Virus record (IMG/VR): IMGVR_UViG_3300044491_001200
Coordinates: 1 to 63,916 of that record
Length of the DNA stretch: 63,916 nt
Source of the DNA: a virus
Lineage: Duplodnaviria > Caudoviricetes
Reading direction: 5' to 3' (one strand)
A program made the position numbers and the translations under genes. The notes below the pieces were generated by a model that was not told the origin of the DNA, did not search any database, and saw nothing but the letters and a program-made list of their open reading frames with translations. Shown one piece after another: positions 8,790 to 20,300 of the stretch. Numbering within the stretch: position 1 is the stretch's first letter; every line of letters starts with the position of its first letter.

Positions 8790-10970
8790 ATGGCAAACGA
8801 AATAGATAATATTATAACTGGTGCTATAAACTTAGCATCAGAACAGAAACACGAGTACGTTACACTAGAGCATTTAATGTATTGCTTATTAGAAGATGAG
8901 GATGTAGTAGATGTTTTAGAAACAATTGAATGTGATTGGCCAACAGCCAAAGAAGATTTAAAAAATTATTTGCAAGATCCAGAGCAAAACAATCTCATAG
9001 GAGAGAATCCATATGAGGGTAGACCAAAGAAAACTACAAGTGTAGAACGTGTAATGCAACGTGCATTTGCACAGGTTATCTTTAGTGCTAGAGATCAAAT
9101 AAACACACCAGACTTATTTGTCAGTATACTATCTGAAGATGATGCTATGGCAAAATATATTTGTGAATTAAATGGTATCGATAGACTGTCAGTAGTAGAA
9201 GGCTTAACTAAACGTGTATCACAAACTGGTATGCAAGAAGCAGAAGAATTTTTAATTGACTTAAACAAGAAAGCCGCTGAAAGTGAAATAGATCCACTTA
9301 TAGGTAGAGCAGAAGAAGTAAATGATATTGTACATATTCTAGCAAGGCGTAAGAAGAACAATCCAATACTAATTGGTGAACCTGGTACAGGTAAAACTGC
9401 CATTGCAGAAGGACTTGCATTGAAAATAGTGGAGGGTCAAGTACCCAATGCTCTTAAAGATAAAACAGTTTACAGTCTAGATATTGGTGCCTTACTTGCT
9501 GGAACTAGGTATAGAGGAGACTTTGAAGAACGTATTAAAATAGTATTAGAAAGCCTAGAAGAAAGAAACGATGTTATTATGTTCATTGATGAAATACACA
9601 TGATAATGGGTGCCGGAAGTGCTGGAGGTAGTAGTGTAGACGTTGCTAACTTGTTAAAGCCTATACTTGGCAGAGGTAAACTACTTACTATGGGTGCTAC
9701 AACTAACGACGAATATAGCACACACTTTGAAAAAGATAGAGCTCTAATGCGTAGATTCCAACGTGTAGATATTGAACCTACTAACGTTGAGGACACTACA
9801 AAAATTATTATAGGATTAAAACCGTACTTTGAAAAGTTTCATAATGTAAAGTATACAGATGATCTGCTAGAAAAAAGTGTTGACTTAGCAGACAGGTATA
9901 TTAAAAATAAATACTTCCCCGACAAAGCAGTTGATATTATAGACGCCAGTGGTGCAACTGTTAAACTAGCAGGTAGAGAAGAAGTAGTAATCGACGACGT
10001 GTTGAATGTTATTAGTAAGATGAGTAATATAGGCAAAGATGTTATTGATATTGATAGTACTGAAGGATACAGAAGTTTAGACAAGCGAATTAAAACAAAA
10101 GTATTTGGACAGGACGAGGCTGTTGATCAAATAGTAGAAGCAATCTTTGTTGCAAAAGCAGGACTTAGAGAACCTAGTAAGCCAATTGGTAGTTTCTTAT
10201 TAGTAGGCCCAACTGGTACAGGTAAAACAGAAACAGCAAAACAATTAGCACAAGAACTAGAAAGTAAACTAATACGTTTTGATATGAGTGAATATCAAGA
10301 GCGTCATAGTGTAAGTAAACTAATTGGTGCTCCTCCAGGATATGTTGGACATGCTGAAGGTAAACTAGGGCAAGGACAATTACTTGCTGAAGTAGAGCAA
10401 TATCCTAATTGTGTATTGCTACTAGATGAGGTAGAGAAAGCCGCACCAGAAGTATTACAATTATTGCTACAAGTAATGGATGATGGTAGGCTTACAGGTA
10501 GCACAGGCAAGACTGTAGACTTTACAAATGTTGTATTGCTTATGACCAGTAACTTAGGTGCCGCTGATGCTGAAAAACTTAAAATTGGTTTTGGTGATCA
10601 AAAGAAAAAGAACACAGATATCAAAGCAGTGAATACTTTCTTTACTCCAGAGTTTAGAAATAGAATAGATGCTACAATTAAATTTAATAAGTTAGGCACA
10701 GATGTTATTAAGAAAATTGTTAAACGTCTAGAGGATGAACTAAATGTGCAAACTAAATCTAAAGGCATCAAAGTTAAAGTAATGGCTAGTGCTGTAAAAT
10801 ATTTTGTCGAAAAAGGATACAATCCTACAATGGGTGCAAGGCCTCTTAAAAGATTATTTGAGAGTGAACTCAAGAAACCATTAAGTAAGAAAATGTTATT
10901 TGAAGATTTAAAAGATACTAAACTAAGGATAGAGTATAATGACGGCATACAAATTACAACTGCTGAATAA
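8790..10970 (+). CDS. clpA: ClpA-type ATP-dependent Clp protease ATPase
   Basis: Clp N domain (HEYVTLEHL), two AAA modules (GEPGTGKT, GPTGTGKT), no ClpB middle domain, IGF loop. Confidence 0.92.
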   Translation: MANEIDNIITGAINLASEQKHEYVTLEHLMYCLLEDEDVVDVLETIECDWPTAKEDLKNYLQDPEQNNLIGENPYEGRPKKTTSVERVMQRAFAQVIFSARDQINTPDLFVSILSEDDAMAKYICELNGIDRLSVVEGLTKRVSQTGMQEAEEFLIDLNKKAAESEIDPLIGRAEEVNDIVHILARRKKNNPILIGEPGTGKTAIAEGLALKIVEGQVPNALKDKTVYSLDIGALLAGTRYRGDFEERIKIVLESLEERNDVIMFIDEIHMIMGAGSAGGSSVDVANLLKPILGRGKLLTMGATTNDEYSTHFEKDRALMRRFQRVDIEPTNVEDTTKIIIGLKPYFEKFHNVKYTDDLLEKSVDLADRYIKNKYFPDKAVDIIDASGATVKLAGREEVVIDDVLNVISKMSNIGKDVIDIDSTEGYRSLDKRIKTKVFGQDEAVDQIVEAIFVAKAGLREPSKPIGSFLLVGPTGTGKTETAKQLAQELESKLIRFDMSEYQERHSVSKLIGAPPGYVGHAEGKLGQGQLLAEVEQYPNCVLLLDEVEKAAPEVLQLLLQVMDDGRLTGSTGKTVDFTNVVLLMTSNLGAADAEKLKIGFGDQKKKNTDIKAVNTFFTPEFRNRIDATIKFNKLGTDVIKKIVKRLEDELNVQTKSKGIKVKVMASAVKYFVEKGYNPTMGARPLKRLFESELKKPLSKKMLFEDLKDTKLRIEYNDGIQITTAE

Positions 10971-11598
10971 AAAAGATTATCCGCAACTAACTCCGTCTGA
11001 TAAAGTATATTATTCTAAATATCCATATAAAGTAAAACTCAAAGATAATATTGTATTTTACGATAGTCAACGTTGGTCTGAGATACTTGATTGGTTTTAT
11101 CCTAATAACACACAACATGCTAGTATTAGATCAGCATTCAGCAGAATAGTATACTTAGATTCTAAAGAATTACTAGATGAGTTTATACATTTCTTTGCAG
11201 ATCAAATTATTACTATTAGTGGTCCTGTTTCAAAAGCACATATTAAAATGCTACAAACAAAAGTAAATAAAACTGCTAGATATCAAGAGTACGAAATCAG
11301 ACAACAAAAATGGTTTAGAGAATACGACACTAAAGTACATTTCTTTCTGCCTTTTTATCAAAACACTAATTATAGTGTTGGAAGTGGATTCAGTAATTAT
11401 CAAACAAGAGCAGAAGAAGTATATAAAGCATTAGAAACAGCAACAAATGTACTAGAAGATTTTAAAGTATATGGTTCTGTGCGTAGAACTAGATTTATAT
11501 ACATGCAAAAAGAAGAATTAGAAGATTTAGAATTGTTTATAAAACTAAAACACCCTGGTATTACATTGCTTAAAACATCTTGTCTGGTAATTAGATGA
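10939..11598 (+). CDS. hypothetical protein
   Basis: 219 aa ORF. Confidence 0.7.
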   Translation: MTAYKLQLLNKKDYPQLTPSDKVYYSKYPYKVKLKDNIVFYDSQRWSEILDWFYPNNTQHASIRSAFSRIVYLDSKELLDEFIHFFADQIITISGPVSKAHIKMLQTKVNKTARYQEYEIRQQKWFREYDTKVHFFLPFYQNTNYSVGSGFSNYQTRAEEVYKALETATNVLEDFKVYGSVRRTRFIYMQKEELEDLELFIKLKHPGITLLKTSCLVIR

Positions 11599-11615
11599 AA
11601 TAGATAAATAGTAGT

Positions 11616-12029
11616 ATGCCTATAAACAGAAAAAGTATATTAGTACAAAGCGGAACAGGAAGTAATATGAACCTTACTACAGATAAAGTAGAGGGCGACA
11701 GTTACTACGGTTACAGTGATGGATTACATACAATATCAATATCTTATAATGCTTTCAAAGGTAGAATTTATTTTGAAGGCACATTATCTTTAGATCCAAC
11801 AGAATCAGATTGGTTTAAGATACAAGTATTTGGTGGTGTAAGTGCCGCAAGTGGTGGTTACAAACAATTTCCTGCAACAGGTACAGCCGGTAAAGACGGT
11901 GTAGAAGCATACAATGTAACAGGTAACTTTACTTACTTAAGAGTAAAGATGGATCGTAGTTATTTAGGTGATGGAACTACATATGATGCCGATTACGGTG
12001 CTCTCAACTACATTAGACTTTCCGCTTAA
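11616..12029 (+). CDS. putative virion structural protein
   Basis: Late promoter motif, Gly/Ser/Tyr-rich beta protein preceding fibre genes. Confidence 0.6.
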   Translation: MPINRKSILVQSGTGSNMNLTTDKVEGDSYYGYSDGLHTISISYNAFKGRIYFEGTLSLDPTESDWFKIQVFGGVSAASGGYKQFPATGTAGKDGVEAYNVTGNFTYLRVKMDRSYLGDGTTYDADYGALNYIRLSA

Positions 12030-12086
12030 CGCCTAAAATTGAGAAAAGTGATAAATACTGCTATATAGAAGGCAGGATTTAATCAT

Positions 12087-15000
12087 ATGGCAATTAGCTC
12101 AAACGACAACGTAATTTTTGATCTCAGTAATATTCAAGACAATCAGGTCTTGGTTTACGATTCTGCAACTGGAACATTTAAAAACGAAACATCTGCCATT
12201 AGTGCAAACGCATCTGTAACAGGATTAGGTAGAAACATTGGTAGTACAGGTGTTGGACTTTACAAACAAAATGATAGTCAATATTTAGAGTTTTACAAAC
12301 TAGACTCAGGTAGTAACGTAACATTAAGTTTAAATGATAACGTTTTAACAATTGACGCAGTTGTAGGAGTAGGCAACACATCTATTGCGGACGGCAACTC
12401 AAATACAGTAGTTGTTGTAAACGACGGCGGCAACGTCATATCTGGTAGTAATAACTTACAATTCGATGGTACTACACTTTCAGTATTAGGTGCCAACAAT
12501 AATGTATCTATTGCAGATGGAGTTATCACAGCAAGTAATCTTGTAACAACAAATTTCTCAATAGCAGGTGGATTAGCATTTCCTACAGTAGATGGTAATG
12601 CAAATCAAATACTAGCAACAGATGGCAACGGACAACTAACTTTTATAAACAACACAGACATTACTGGTAAACTAGATAGTTTAACATTTAATGCTCACGT
12701 GGCGTCAGCAATAACTTCCGTATCAGACCATGCTCCTGCTATAACAAACCTATACAATTTAGGTAACAGTTCAAACAAATATAGTCAAGTGTTTGCTACA
12801 TACTTTAGAGGTGAAGCAGACGTGGCCACTAATGCAACTAACTTAGGCTCACACCCAGCGGCAAACTATATGTTGGCGGCGAATAGTTATAGTTCAACAG
12901 AAATAGATGCCTTAATAGCCAACGTAGATGTTGCAAATACATCAGGACTAATAAGCAATATTACTGTAACAAATGGTTCAACACCATATAACAGTACTAA
13001 AGTAGACCTCAGAGCAGGTGCTAACATTGTACTTACTACAGATGTAAACGCAGAAACAATTACTATTGATTCAGTTGTGCCACAAGCATTTGCTTTTGGT
13101 AGACTCACAGACGGTAGTAATAGTGTAGTAGCAGACGGAACTTTAGACACTATCACATTCGAAGGTGGTGCTGGTATTGATGTTACTGTAGGCGAATTAG
13201 ACAAGGTTGTTATTACAGCAACAGGTGATGCCGCGGCAAACATCAGTGGTAGTAGTGTTGCAGATCTAAGCGACATAGGCAATATTAGTGGCATAGCAGA
13301 CGGACAAGCATTGATATGGAGTGCGGCTAATAGCAAATTTGAATACGGAAACGTATCAGCAAGTGGTACCACACAAAGTTTAACTTGGGATAGTGCGAAC
13401 AGCAACCTAAGTATAAGTGGTGGAAATACAGTAGACCTAAGTACACTATTAGATGGCAGTGATCAAGCACTAAGTTTATCAGGTAATATAATTACTATTA
13501 GTGGTAGTAACAGCAATGTAGACTTAACAACAGCATTAGGAAACGTAGCAGGTAATTATAGCGACAGTAATGTTGCTAGTTATTTGAGTGCAAATGGTTA
13601 CAGTAATGTAGATGTAGATGCACAAGATTTAAGCATTACTGGAAATGTTATTAGTTTAACAAAACAAAGTGGTAATGTTGATTTAACAGAATTAGTTTAT
13701 GCTAATACAAAAGTACAAGCATATTTAGATGCACAAAGTTATGCCAATACAGCATACGTAGATGCATTAGAAACAAGAATTTTAGGTGGTGCTAATGTAA
13801 ACTTAGACAGTTTAGCCGAAGTGGCAAATGCATTAGCAAACAGCAATACCGAATTAAGTACAGTAGCATTTACAGGTACTTACAGTGATTTAACAGGTAA
13901 GCCTAGTCTAGCATTAAGTGGTAACACTTACTTAACACTAGATAGTGCTAACATTGACCTTAGTAGTGTAGTAGGACAAACAGGAGCTCAGGGACCACAA
14001 GGTGATACTGGTGCTACAGGACCTCAAGGTGCTACAGGACCACAGGGTAATGTAGGACTTCAAGGTGATGGTAATGCCGGTGTAAGTTCAGCAACAGTAA
14101 ACGGTTCAGGTAACTTAGTAATAACATTAAATGACAGCACAACTTTAGATGCTGGTAATGTTAAAGGAGCGGACGGCTTACAGGGCATACAAGGTAATGC
14201 TGGTGTTGGTATAACAAGTACAAGTTTAGTAGGTGGTAATTTAGTTCTTAACTATTCAAATACTTCTACACAAGACGTTGGTAACATACAAGGCCCAACA
14301 GGTGCTCAAGGACCTGCAGGTAGCGACGGAGCAGATGGTGTACAACTTACAGACTTTAGTGTAAGTACAGGAAGTGCAAGTGGAAGTGGCTCATTATCAT
14401 ACGCAAGTGGTACTGGTGTATTTACATTTATACCACCAGATTTAAGTTCATACTTAACAAGTGAAAGCGACAACCAAGACTTAACACTAAGCGGTAATGT
14501 AATTAGCCTAAGTGGACAGTCAGGCAATGTTGACTTAACAACATTATTAGCAAGTAGTGGAGGTGCTGGAGACATCACAGCCGTTACAGCAGGAACAGGT
14601 TTATCAGGTGGTGCCACAACTGGTGATGCTACATTAAACTTAGCAGATACAACAGTTACTCCAGGTACTTATGGTAGCAGTACACAATCAGCAAGAATAA
14701 CAGTCGACCAACAAGGTCGTATTACAGATGTTACAACCCAGGCTATCTCCGGAGGCGGAGGCGGTGGTGGTGGTGCCAGTGTAGAGTATTTCAAATTAAA
14801 CTATACCAGTGGTGGAGCAATTGATACAAGTGTAGGTACAGGTGGTATTTCCAATATTAGTACAAGCATAGGTAACGTTACAGTAAATAATAGTGCGTCA
14901 AACAGTTGTGAAATAGTTGTTGACTTTGGTGGAAATTATAATTTCCCTCCAACAGCAATTATGGCATATGGTTATAGTCAGTCAACAAGTGAATACAACA

Positions 15001-15179
15001 TTAAGCATATGACTCAAAATACAGTGAACACAACATTGAAACTAGATGGTTCAAGTGATCCTCACGGTAATTTTGGGACTGCTAATGTTACAATGAGTTT
15101 GACTAGATCAGAAGTAGGTGCAAGTAGTTCCTTTGGACAATCTTCACATGCTTGGATATACTTTACAATGGGATCGTAA
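12087..15179 (+). CDS. tail fibre / virion fibre protein with collagen-like repeats
   Basis: 1030 aa Gly/Ser/Asn/Thr-rich; Gly-X-Y runs; repeated QxLSLSGNxISIS..GNVDLT units. Confidence 0.8.
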   Translation: MAISSNDNVIFDLSNIQDNQVLVYDSATGTFKNETSAISANASVTGLGRNIGSTGVGLYKQNDSQYLEFYKLDSGSNVTLSLNDNVLTIDAVVGVGNTSIADGNSNTVVVVNDGGNVISGSNNLQFDGTTLSVLGANNNVSIADGVITASNLVTTNFSIAGGLAFPTVDGNANQILATDGNGQLTFINNTDITGKLDSLTFNAHVASAITSVSDHAPAITNLYNLGNSSNKYSQVFATYFRGEADVATNATNLGSHPAANYMLAANSYSSTEIDALIANVDVANTSGLISNITVTNGSTPYNSTKVDLRAGANIVLTTDVNAETITIDSVVPQAFAFGRLTDGSNSVVADGTLDTITFEGGAGIDVTVGELDKVVITATGDAAANISGSSVADLSDIGNISGIADGQALIWSAANSKFEYGNVSASGTTQSLTWDSANSNLSISGGNTVDLSTLLDGSDQALSLSGNIITISGSNSNVDLTTALGNVAGNYSDSNVASYLSANGYSNVDVDAQDLSITGNVISLTKQSGNVDLTELVYANTKVQAYLDAQSYANTAYVDALETRILGGANVNLDSLAEVANALANSNTELSTVAFTGTYSDLTGKPSLALSGNTYLTLDSANIDLSSVVGQTGAQGPQGDTGATGPQGATGPQGNVGLQGDGNAGVSSATVNGSGNLVITLNDSTTLDAGNVKGADGLQGIQGNAGVGITSTSLVGGNLVLNYSNTSTQDVGNIQGPTGAQGPAGSDGADGVQLTDFSVSTGSASGSGSLSYASGTGVFTFIPPDLSSYLTSESDNQDLTLSGNVISLSGQSGNVDLTTLLASSGGAGDITAVTAGTGLSGGATTGDATLNLADTTVTPGTYGSSTQSARITVDQQGRITDVTTQAISGGGGGGGGASVEYFKLNYTSGGAIDTSVGTGGISNISTSIGNVTVNNSASNSCEIVVDFGGNYNFPPTAIMAYGYSQSTSEYNIKHMTQNTVNTTLKLDGSSDPHGNFGTANVTMSLTRSEVGASSSFGQSSHAWIYFTMGS
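13974..14345 (+). repeat. collagen-like Gly-X-Y segments
   Basis: GQTGAQGPQGDTGATGPQGATGPQGNVGLQG, GADGLQGIQG, GPTGAQGPAGSDGADG. Confidence 0.85.
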
Positions 15180-15182
15180 TAG

Positions 15183-17219
15183 ATGGCTGAGTCAATATAT
15201 AATAAAAGTGCAACAAGTACATTAGACATTTACAAACCAGCAAAGGTTTTACAATGTTCGGTGACTAGTGCTACAGGTGAATCATATTGGCCACACAACG
15301 ATGGAGAGGGTGACCCATGGTGGCAGTCCTCAAGTAGTCCTAAGTTTTATCAATACTCAGTAACGTTTACAGTTACAGCACAAAATCACGGTTCACATAA
15401 ATCCAGAGACTCTAGAGAATACAATGGACTAGATGTATCAGTAGGCGATTGGCTTGCTGGTTCTCAGGATGGTAGATGTATGCAGATAGTAAGTGTTAGT
15501 TCAAAGTCTACTACAAGTGTAACATGTATTATAGAAGATGTATTAAGATACAATACATTTAGAAGTGCAACTGGTTCACCAATTTTTAGTACACCAGGTA
15601 CAGCAATCTTATTTACATTAAACGAATCAGGTAAGCCTTTACTAGATCCACTTCCAGCAAGTGTTGTTAGTTCAGACTTCTTCCCTAACGTTACAAGTAG
15701 ATTTGAATACATGAATCCTGCTGAGAACTTTAGATTAGAAAAGACAGCACATGGTTTTGCTCGTGGTGATGTTATTGTAGTAACAGAAAGCGGATCATAT
15801 GAGAAAGCAAATGCAAGTACAATGGCAAGAACAATTGGTGTTGTAAGTGTATCAGGTCCAGGACCAAACCAATTTATGGTCATGCCTCAAAATAGAATAA
15901 TAGATTTCAATCCTAGTCTACCTGGTAACATAGGTGACTACATATACGCCGATACAGATGGTGATTTAACTGCAACTGAGACGGGTAAAGTTGTATTCTT
16001 AAAGATTAAAGATGCAATATCAAGTGACGTAGTAAGTGGTAATGCAAGTGCTGTGGCTAATGCTAACAGCATATTAGAAGTAAATGGTTCTAATGTAACA
16101 TTTACTGGAGGTAATACTACTGTTACAGCACAAGATTTTAATAACCATACAGCAAATACATTTGTAAGTGCAAGTTTAGTTGCAGAACCAGGCACACTTA
16201 CAAGTGTAACTGATACATATAACTACGGTTTATTAGGTGGTTACATACCATTTAGTGGTAATATTGATACAGGTGATGGTAATGTTCTTATAACTGTAAA
16301 CAGCGATGCTAGTGGTAGTGGTTCATATGGTTCTGGTATTGCTGATGCAACTGATATTAAGAATGCCATTGAAGCAGGTAATATTGCTAACTTATCAGTG
16401 AGTGTTTTAGGTAGTGGTGAGATTAGACTAACTGAAGCAAACGGAAATGCAATGACACTATACAATGTATCAGGTGATGCTCAAGGTAATGTCAACATGT
16501 TTGGTCCAAGTAGTGTTACAGGATTACCTTTATCATCTAGTGCAACTACTGGTAACTTCTTAAAACTAATTAGAACAGATGGTGGACCAATTGACTTAGA
16601 AGATCGATACGGTACACCCACAGCAGATTTAGATATCTATAGTGTACACAATGGTCAATTCCCATTAGGACTTTACATTGAACACGGTGTTAGAAGTGGT
16701 GGTGTAACAGTTGTAAATGATATCAGTGCAAGAAACAGTTTAACAGCACAAGGTGGCGACATGGCTTATGTTGTGAACGCAGGTGACAGTGAATGGGGAC
16801 TATTTATATTCGACGGTAGTAACTGGATAGAAGTAGGTAACCAAGATAGTGCGGCCACAGATGCTCAAACAATGAGTTACACATATACTGCTCCAGGCAG
16901 TGGCTTTGGTGGAATAGAAACTATCAATTTAGATAATATATCACCAGGCTGTAGAATTATAGAAGTTGCTGTTGAAGTAACAACAGCCTTAACTAACTAT
17001 TCAGGTGGTACTGCTCCTACTATAGAAGTTGGTACAGCAAGTGACTTAAATGCGTATATGGATGAAGATGCAAGTGACTTAGAATCGATAGGTGTGTACT
17101 CAGCACAACCTAACTATCTTTATCCTTCAACACAAACTACCGACTTGGCTTTGAGGGCTCGTATTAGCCATAGAAGTGCTACTATAGGTGCGTTTACTTT
17201 AACAGTAACTTACGTTTAA
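15183..17219 (+). CDS. putative virion structural protein
   Basis: 678 aa beta-rich protein between fibre genes; RNSLTAQGGDMAYV...FDGSNW module. Confidence 0.7.
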   Translation: MAESIYNKSATSTLDIYKPAKVLQCSVTSATGESYWPHNDGEGDPWWQSSSSPKFYQYSVTFTVTAQNHGSHKSRDSREYNGLDVSVGDWLAGSQDGRCMQIVSVSSKSTTSVTCIIEDVLRYNTFRSATGSPIFSTPGTAILFTLNESGKPLLDPLPASVVSSDFFPNVTSRFEYMNPAENFRLEKTAHGFARGDVIVVTESGSYEKANASTMARTIGVVSVSGPGPNQFMVMPQNRIIDFNPSLPGNIGDYIYADTDGDLTATETGKVVFLKIKDAISSDVVSGNASAVANANSILEVNGSNVTFTGGNTTVTAQDFNNHTANTFVSASLVAEPGTLTSVTDTYNYGLLGGYIPFSGNIDTGDGNVLITVNSDASGSGSYGSGIADATDIKNAIEAGNIANLSVSVLGSGEIRLTEANGNAMTLYNVSGDAQGNVNMFGPSSVTGLPLSSSATTGNFLKLIRTDGGPIDLEDRYGTPTADLDIYSVHNGQFPLGLYIEHGVRSGGVTVVNDISARNSLTAQGGDMAYVVNAGDSEWGLFIFDGSNWIEVGNQDSAATDAQTMSYTYTAPGSGFGGIETINLDNISPGCRIIEVAVEVTTALTNYSGGTAPTIEVGTASDLNAYMDEDASDLESIGVYSAQPNYLYPSTQTTDLALRARISHRSATIGAFTLTVTYV

Positions 17220-17302
17220 TACTCATATCTGATAAATATACTTAGAATTGGACTGTCATTAGTCCAATTTCATGCATGAAAATAATCCTATAGGAGTAAC
17301 AA

Positions 17303-20300
17303 ATGGCGAACATTAAAAACTTTGGTATTAAAGGTGTAGCCTCCGACATTCAATTAGGTAAAGGTGGTGGATTTTTCGTTTACGATAAAAGTAACGGAAA
17401 ATTCCAAGTTAAAGATTCAGGGTCTTCATTAGAAAACATTGAATTTGCAACTGTTGAAGCGGGTACATGGAACGGTACAGCAATAGGCGTAGCCTATGGT
17501 GGTACTGGTTTAACAAGTGTAGCCCAGGACAAGATCATTTACTCGAACGGAGCAAATCAATTTACTACCGCAGATATTACAGCATTTGGTTTAGGCCTAC
17601 TTGCAGACGCAGACGCATCAGCAGGTAGAACATCTCTTGGTTTAGGTAATATAGCAACTCAGGCAAGTAATGCTGTAGACATTGATGGCGGTGCCATTGA
17701 TGGTGCAGTTATTGGTGCCAACTCAGCGGCGGCTGGTAGTTTCACAACTATCAATGCCTCTAGTACTATCACTGGTAACGTAACAGGTAACTTAACAGGT
17801 ACGGCGGATGACGCTGATGCTTTGTCAAGTGCAGTTACAGTTGCAATTTCAGGTGATGCTACTGGTTCCGCAACATTTACAAATGCTGGAGACACAGCAA
17901 CTATCTCAACTACACTAGCCGCTTCAGGCGTTAGTGCTGGTTCATATGGTAGTTCAAGTGCAATTCCAGTTATTACTGTAGATGCAAAAGGTAGAGTTAC
18001 TGCTGTATCAACTGCAACAACAAGCTCAACACTTACTATCGGCGACGGTAGTAGTACTGATACTGTTACAGTTGGAACAGACACTCTAGCATTTGTTGGT
18101 ACAGCCAACGAAATTGAGACTGCTGTTACTAATAACCAAGTACAAATTGGTCTTCCAAGCAATGTAACAATCGGAAATGATTTAACAGTTACTGGAACAT
18201 TGAACTCAGACGATATTACGTCTAGTGCAATTAGTATTGCGGGTGATGCCACAATCACAGGTAACTTAACAGTACAAGGAACACAGACAACTGTAAATTC
18301 AACTACAGTAGAAACTGCTGATGCAATCTTCAGAGTAAACAGCAACGGTGCAGACACCGATGTTGGTTTTGAAGCAAATGCAAACGGCACAATCAAGCAA
18401 ATTCTTTACACATCAGTTGGTGATGAGTGGGACTTTGGTTCAGAAAATGTAAAAGCAAGTACGTTCACAGGTGATTTAACTGGTGACGTAACTGGTACAA
18501 CAAGTAGTATTGCTAACCATAGCACATCTGACTTGTCTGAAGGTACTAACTTATACTTTACAGCCGCTAGAGCAAGAGGTAACATCAGTGTTACTGATGC
18601 AGGTGGTGATGGAAGTTTAGCATATGACTCAGGTACAGGTGTTATCACTTATACTGGTCCTAGTGCGGCAGAAGTACAAGCACATATTACTGGTGGAACA
18701 GGCGTAACTATTACATCTGGTTCAGTAGCAATTGGACAAGCAGTTGGTACATCTGATAACGTATCTTTTGGTACGGTAACAGCAGACTTAACTGGTGATG
18801 TAACCGGTGATGTAACTGGTGATGTTACAGGTAATGCCGATACGGCAACCGCTTTAGCAACAGGTAGAACTATTGCAATCACTGGTGATGCAACTTATAC
18901 ATCAGGTGCTTTTGACGGTACAGGTAATGTAACTGGTAACTTAACATTAGCAAACAGTGGTGCTTCAGCAGGAAGTTATGGTGGCTCAACAGCAGTACCT
19001 GTACTTACAGTTGATGCTAAAGGTAGAATAACAGCGGTTAGTACTGCGGCTATCTCTACTTCATTCACATTATCAGATGGTAGTAACACTCAAACAGTTG
19101 CTGGTGGAGACACTTTAACAGTTGCTGGTGGTACTAACATTACTTCAGTTGTTGGTGCAACTGATACAGTTACAATAAACCTAGATGCTAACCCAAGTGT
19201 TACATCTATGACTGCAACTGGCGCCGTAACAGGTGGTAGTTTAACTGACGGAACTGCAACATTTAGCAGTGGTGCTTTAAGTGGTGCTACTACTGGTGGA
19301 TTCAGTGGTACAGTTACAGCAGGTGGTTTTACAGGTGACTTAACTGGTGATGTAACAGGTGATGTAACAGGTAATATTGCAGGTGCAACTGCTACTATGA
19401 CTGGTGCAGTAACTGGTGGTAGTTTAACAGATGGTACTGCTACAATTACTGGTGGTGCTATGAGTGGTGCAACAACAATTACAGCAAGTGGAAACGTAAC
19501 TGCAGGTAACTTTGTTACAGCAGGTGACGTTGGTACAGCAACTTTAACAACATCAAGCGATGCTGTTATTGGTGGTAACTTAACTGTAAATGGTACTACA
19601 ACTACACTAAGTTCAACTAACACAACAGTTGAAGATACATTGTTTGAATTGAACTCAGGCTTATCAGGTGCTAATGCTAATGACATTGGTATATTGATGG
19701 AAAGAGGCTCAACAGGCGACAACGCATTTATGGGTTGGGACGAAGCATCCGACTCATTTAGATTTGCAACTACAGTTGAAACAGCAGACGCAACAGGTGA
19801 TTTAAACTTATCTGATGCAGATGTACACGCAAAAGATATCACTTCAAGTGGTACAGTACAGTTTGTTGATTTAAGTGATGGTTCAATTACTATTGCAAAC
19901 TTTATTGATGACGACACAATGGCTACAGCAAGTGCAACAACAGTTGCAACTTCTGAATCCGTTAAGGCGTATGTTGATACTAAGGTTGCGGCAGTTGATG
20001 ATACTGTATTAAGAGCAACATTCACAGCGAATAGCAGTGATAGTTCTTTTGTAATTGGTACAATGCCAAACACATCAGGTAGAACTTACATTGGTTCTAA
20101 ACTAACATTAAAAGTCACAACTGGCTTTAGTGGTGATTCTGTAGATGGCATAGTTGTAAACGACGGTACAAACGACTTGATGGCAGTGGCTCAAAACGAT
20201 CCAACTATCACAGGTGTTTATATTGTTGATTTAGGTGCAGAGGCTATAACAAGTGGTGCTACAGTAAGTGCATCATTTAAACAGTCAGATGGTAGTACAG

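Noticed and set aside
8790-10970. ClpB disaggregase call
   Set aside because: No coiled-coil middle domain and an IGF loop is present, which fits ClpA.
18470-19440. Short tandem repeats ACTGGTGATGTA as a possible CRISPR array
   Set aside because: In-frame coding repeats (TGDV) with no unique spacers and no cas genes.
12199-20073. Long minus-strand ORFs over the fibre genes (e.g. 17659-18396, 19090-20073)
   Set aside because: Antisense shadows of Thr/Gly/Ala-rich genes with biased codons; no RBS or motifs.
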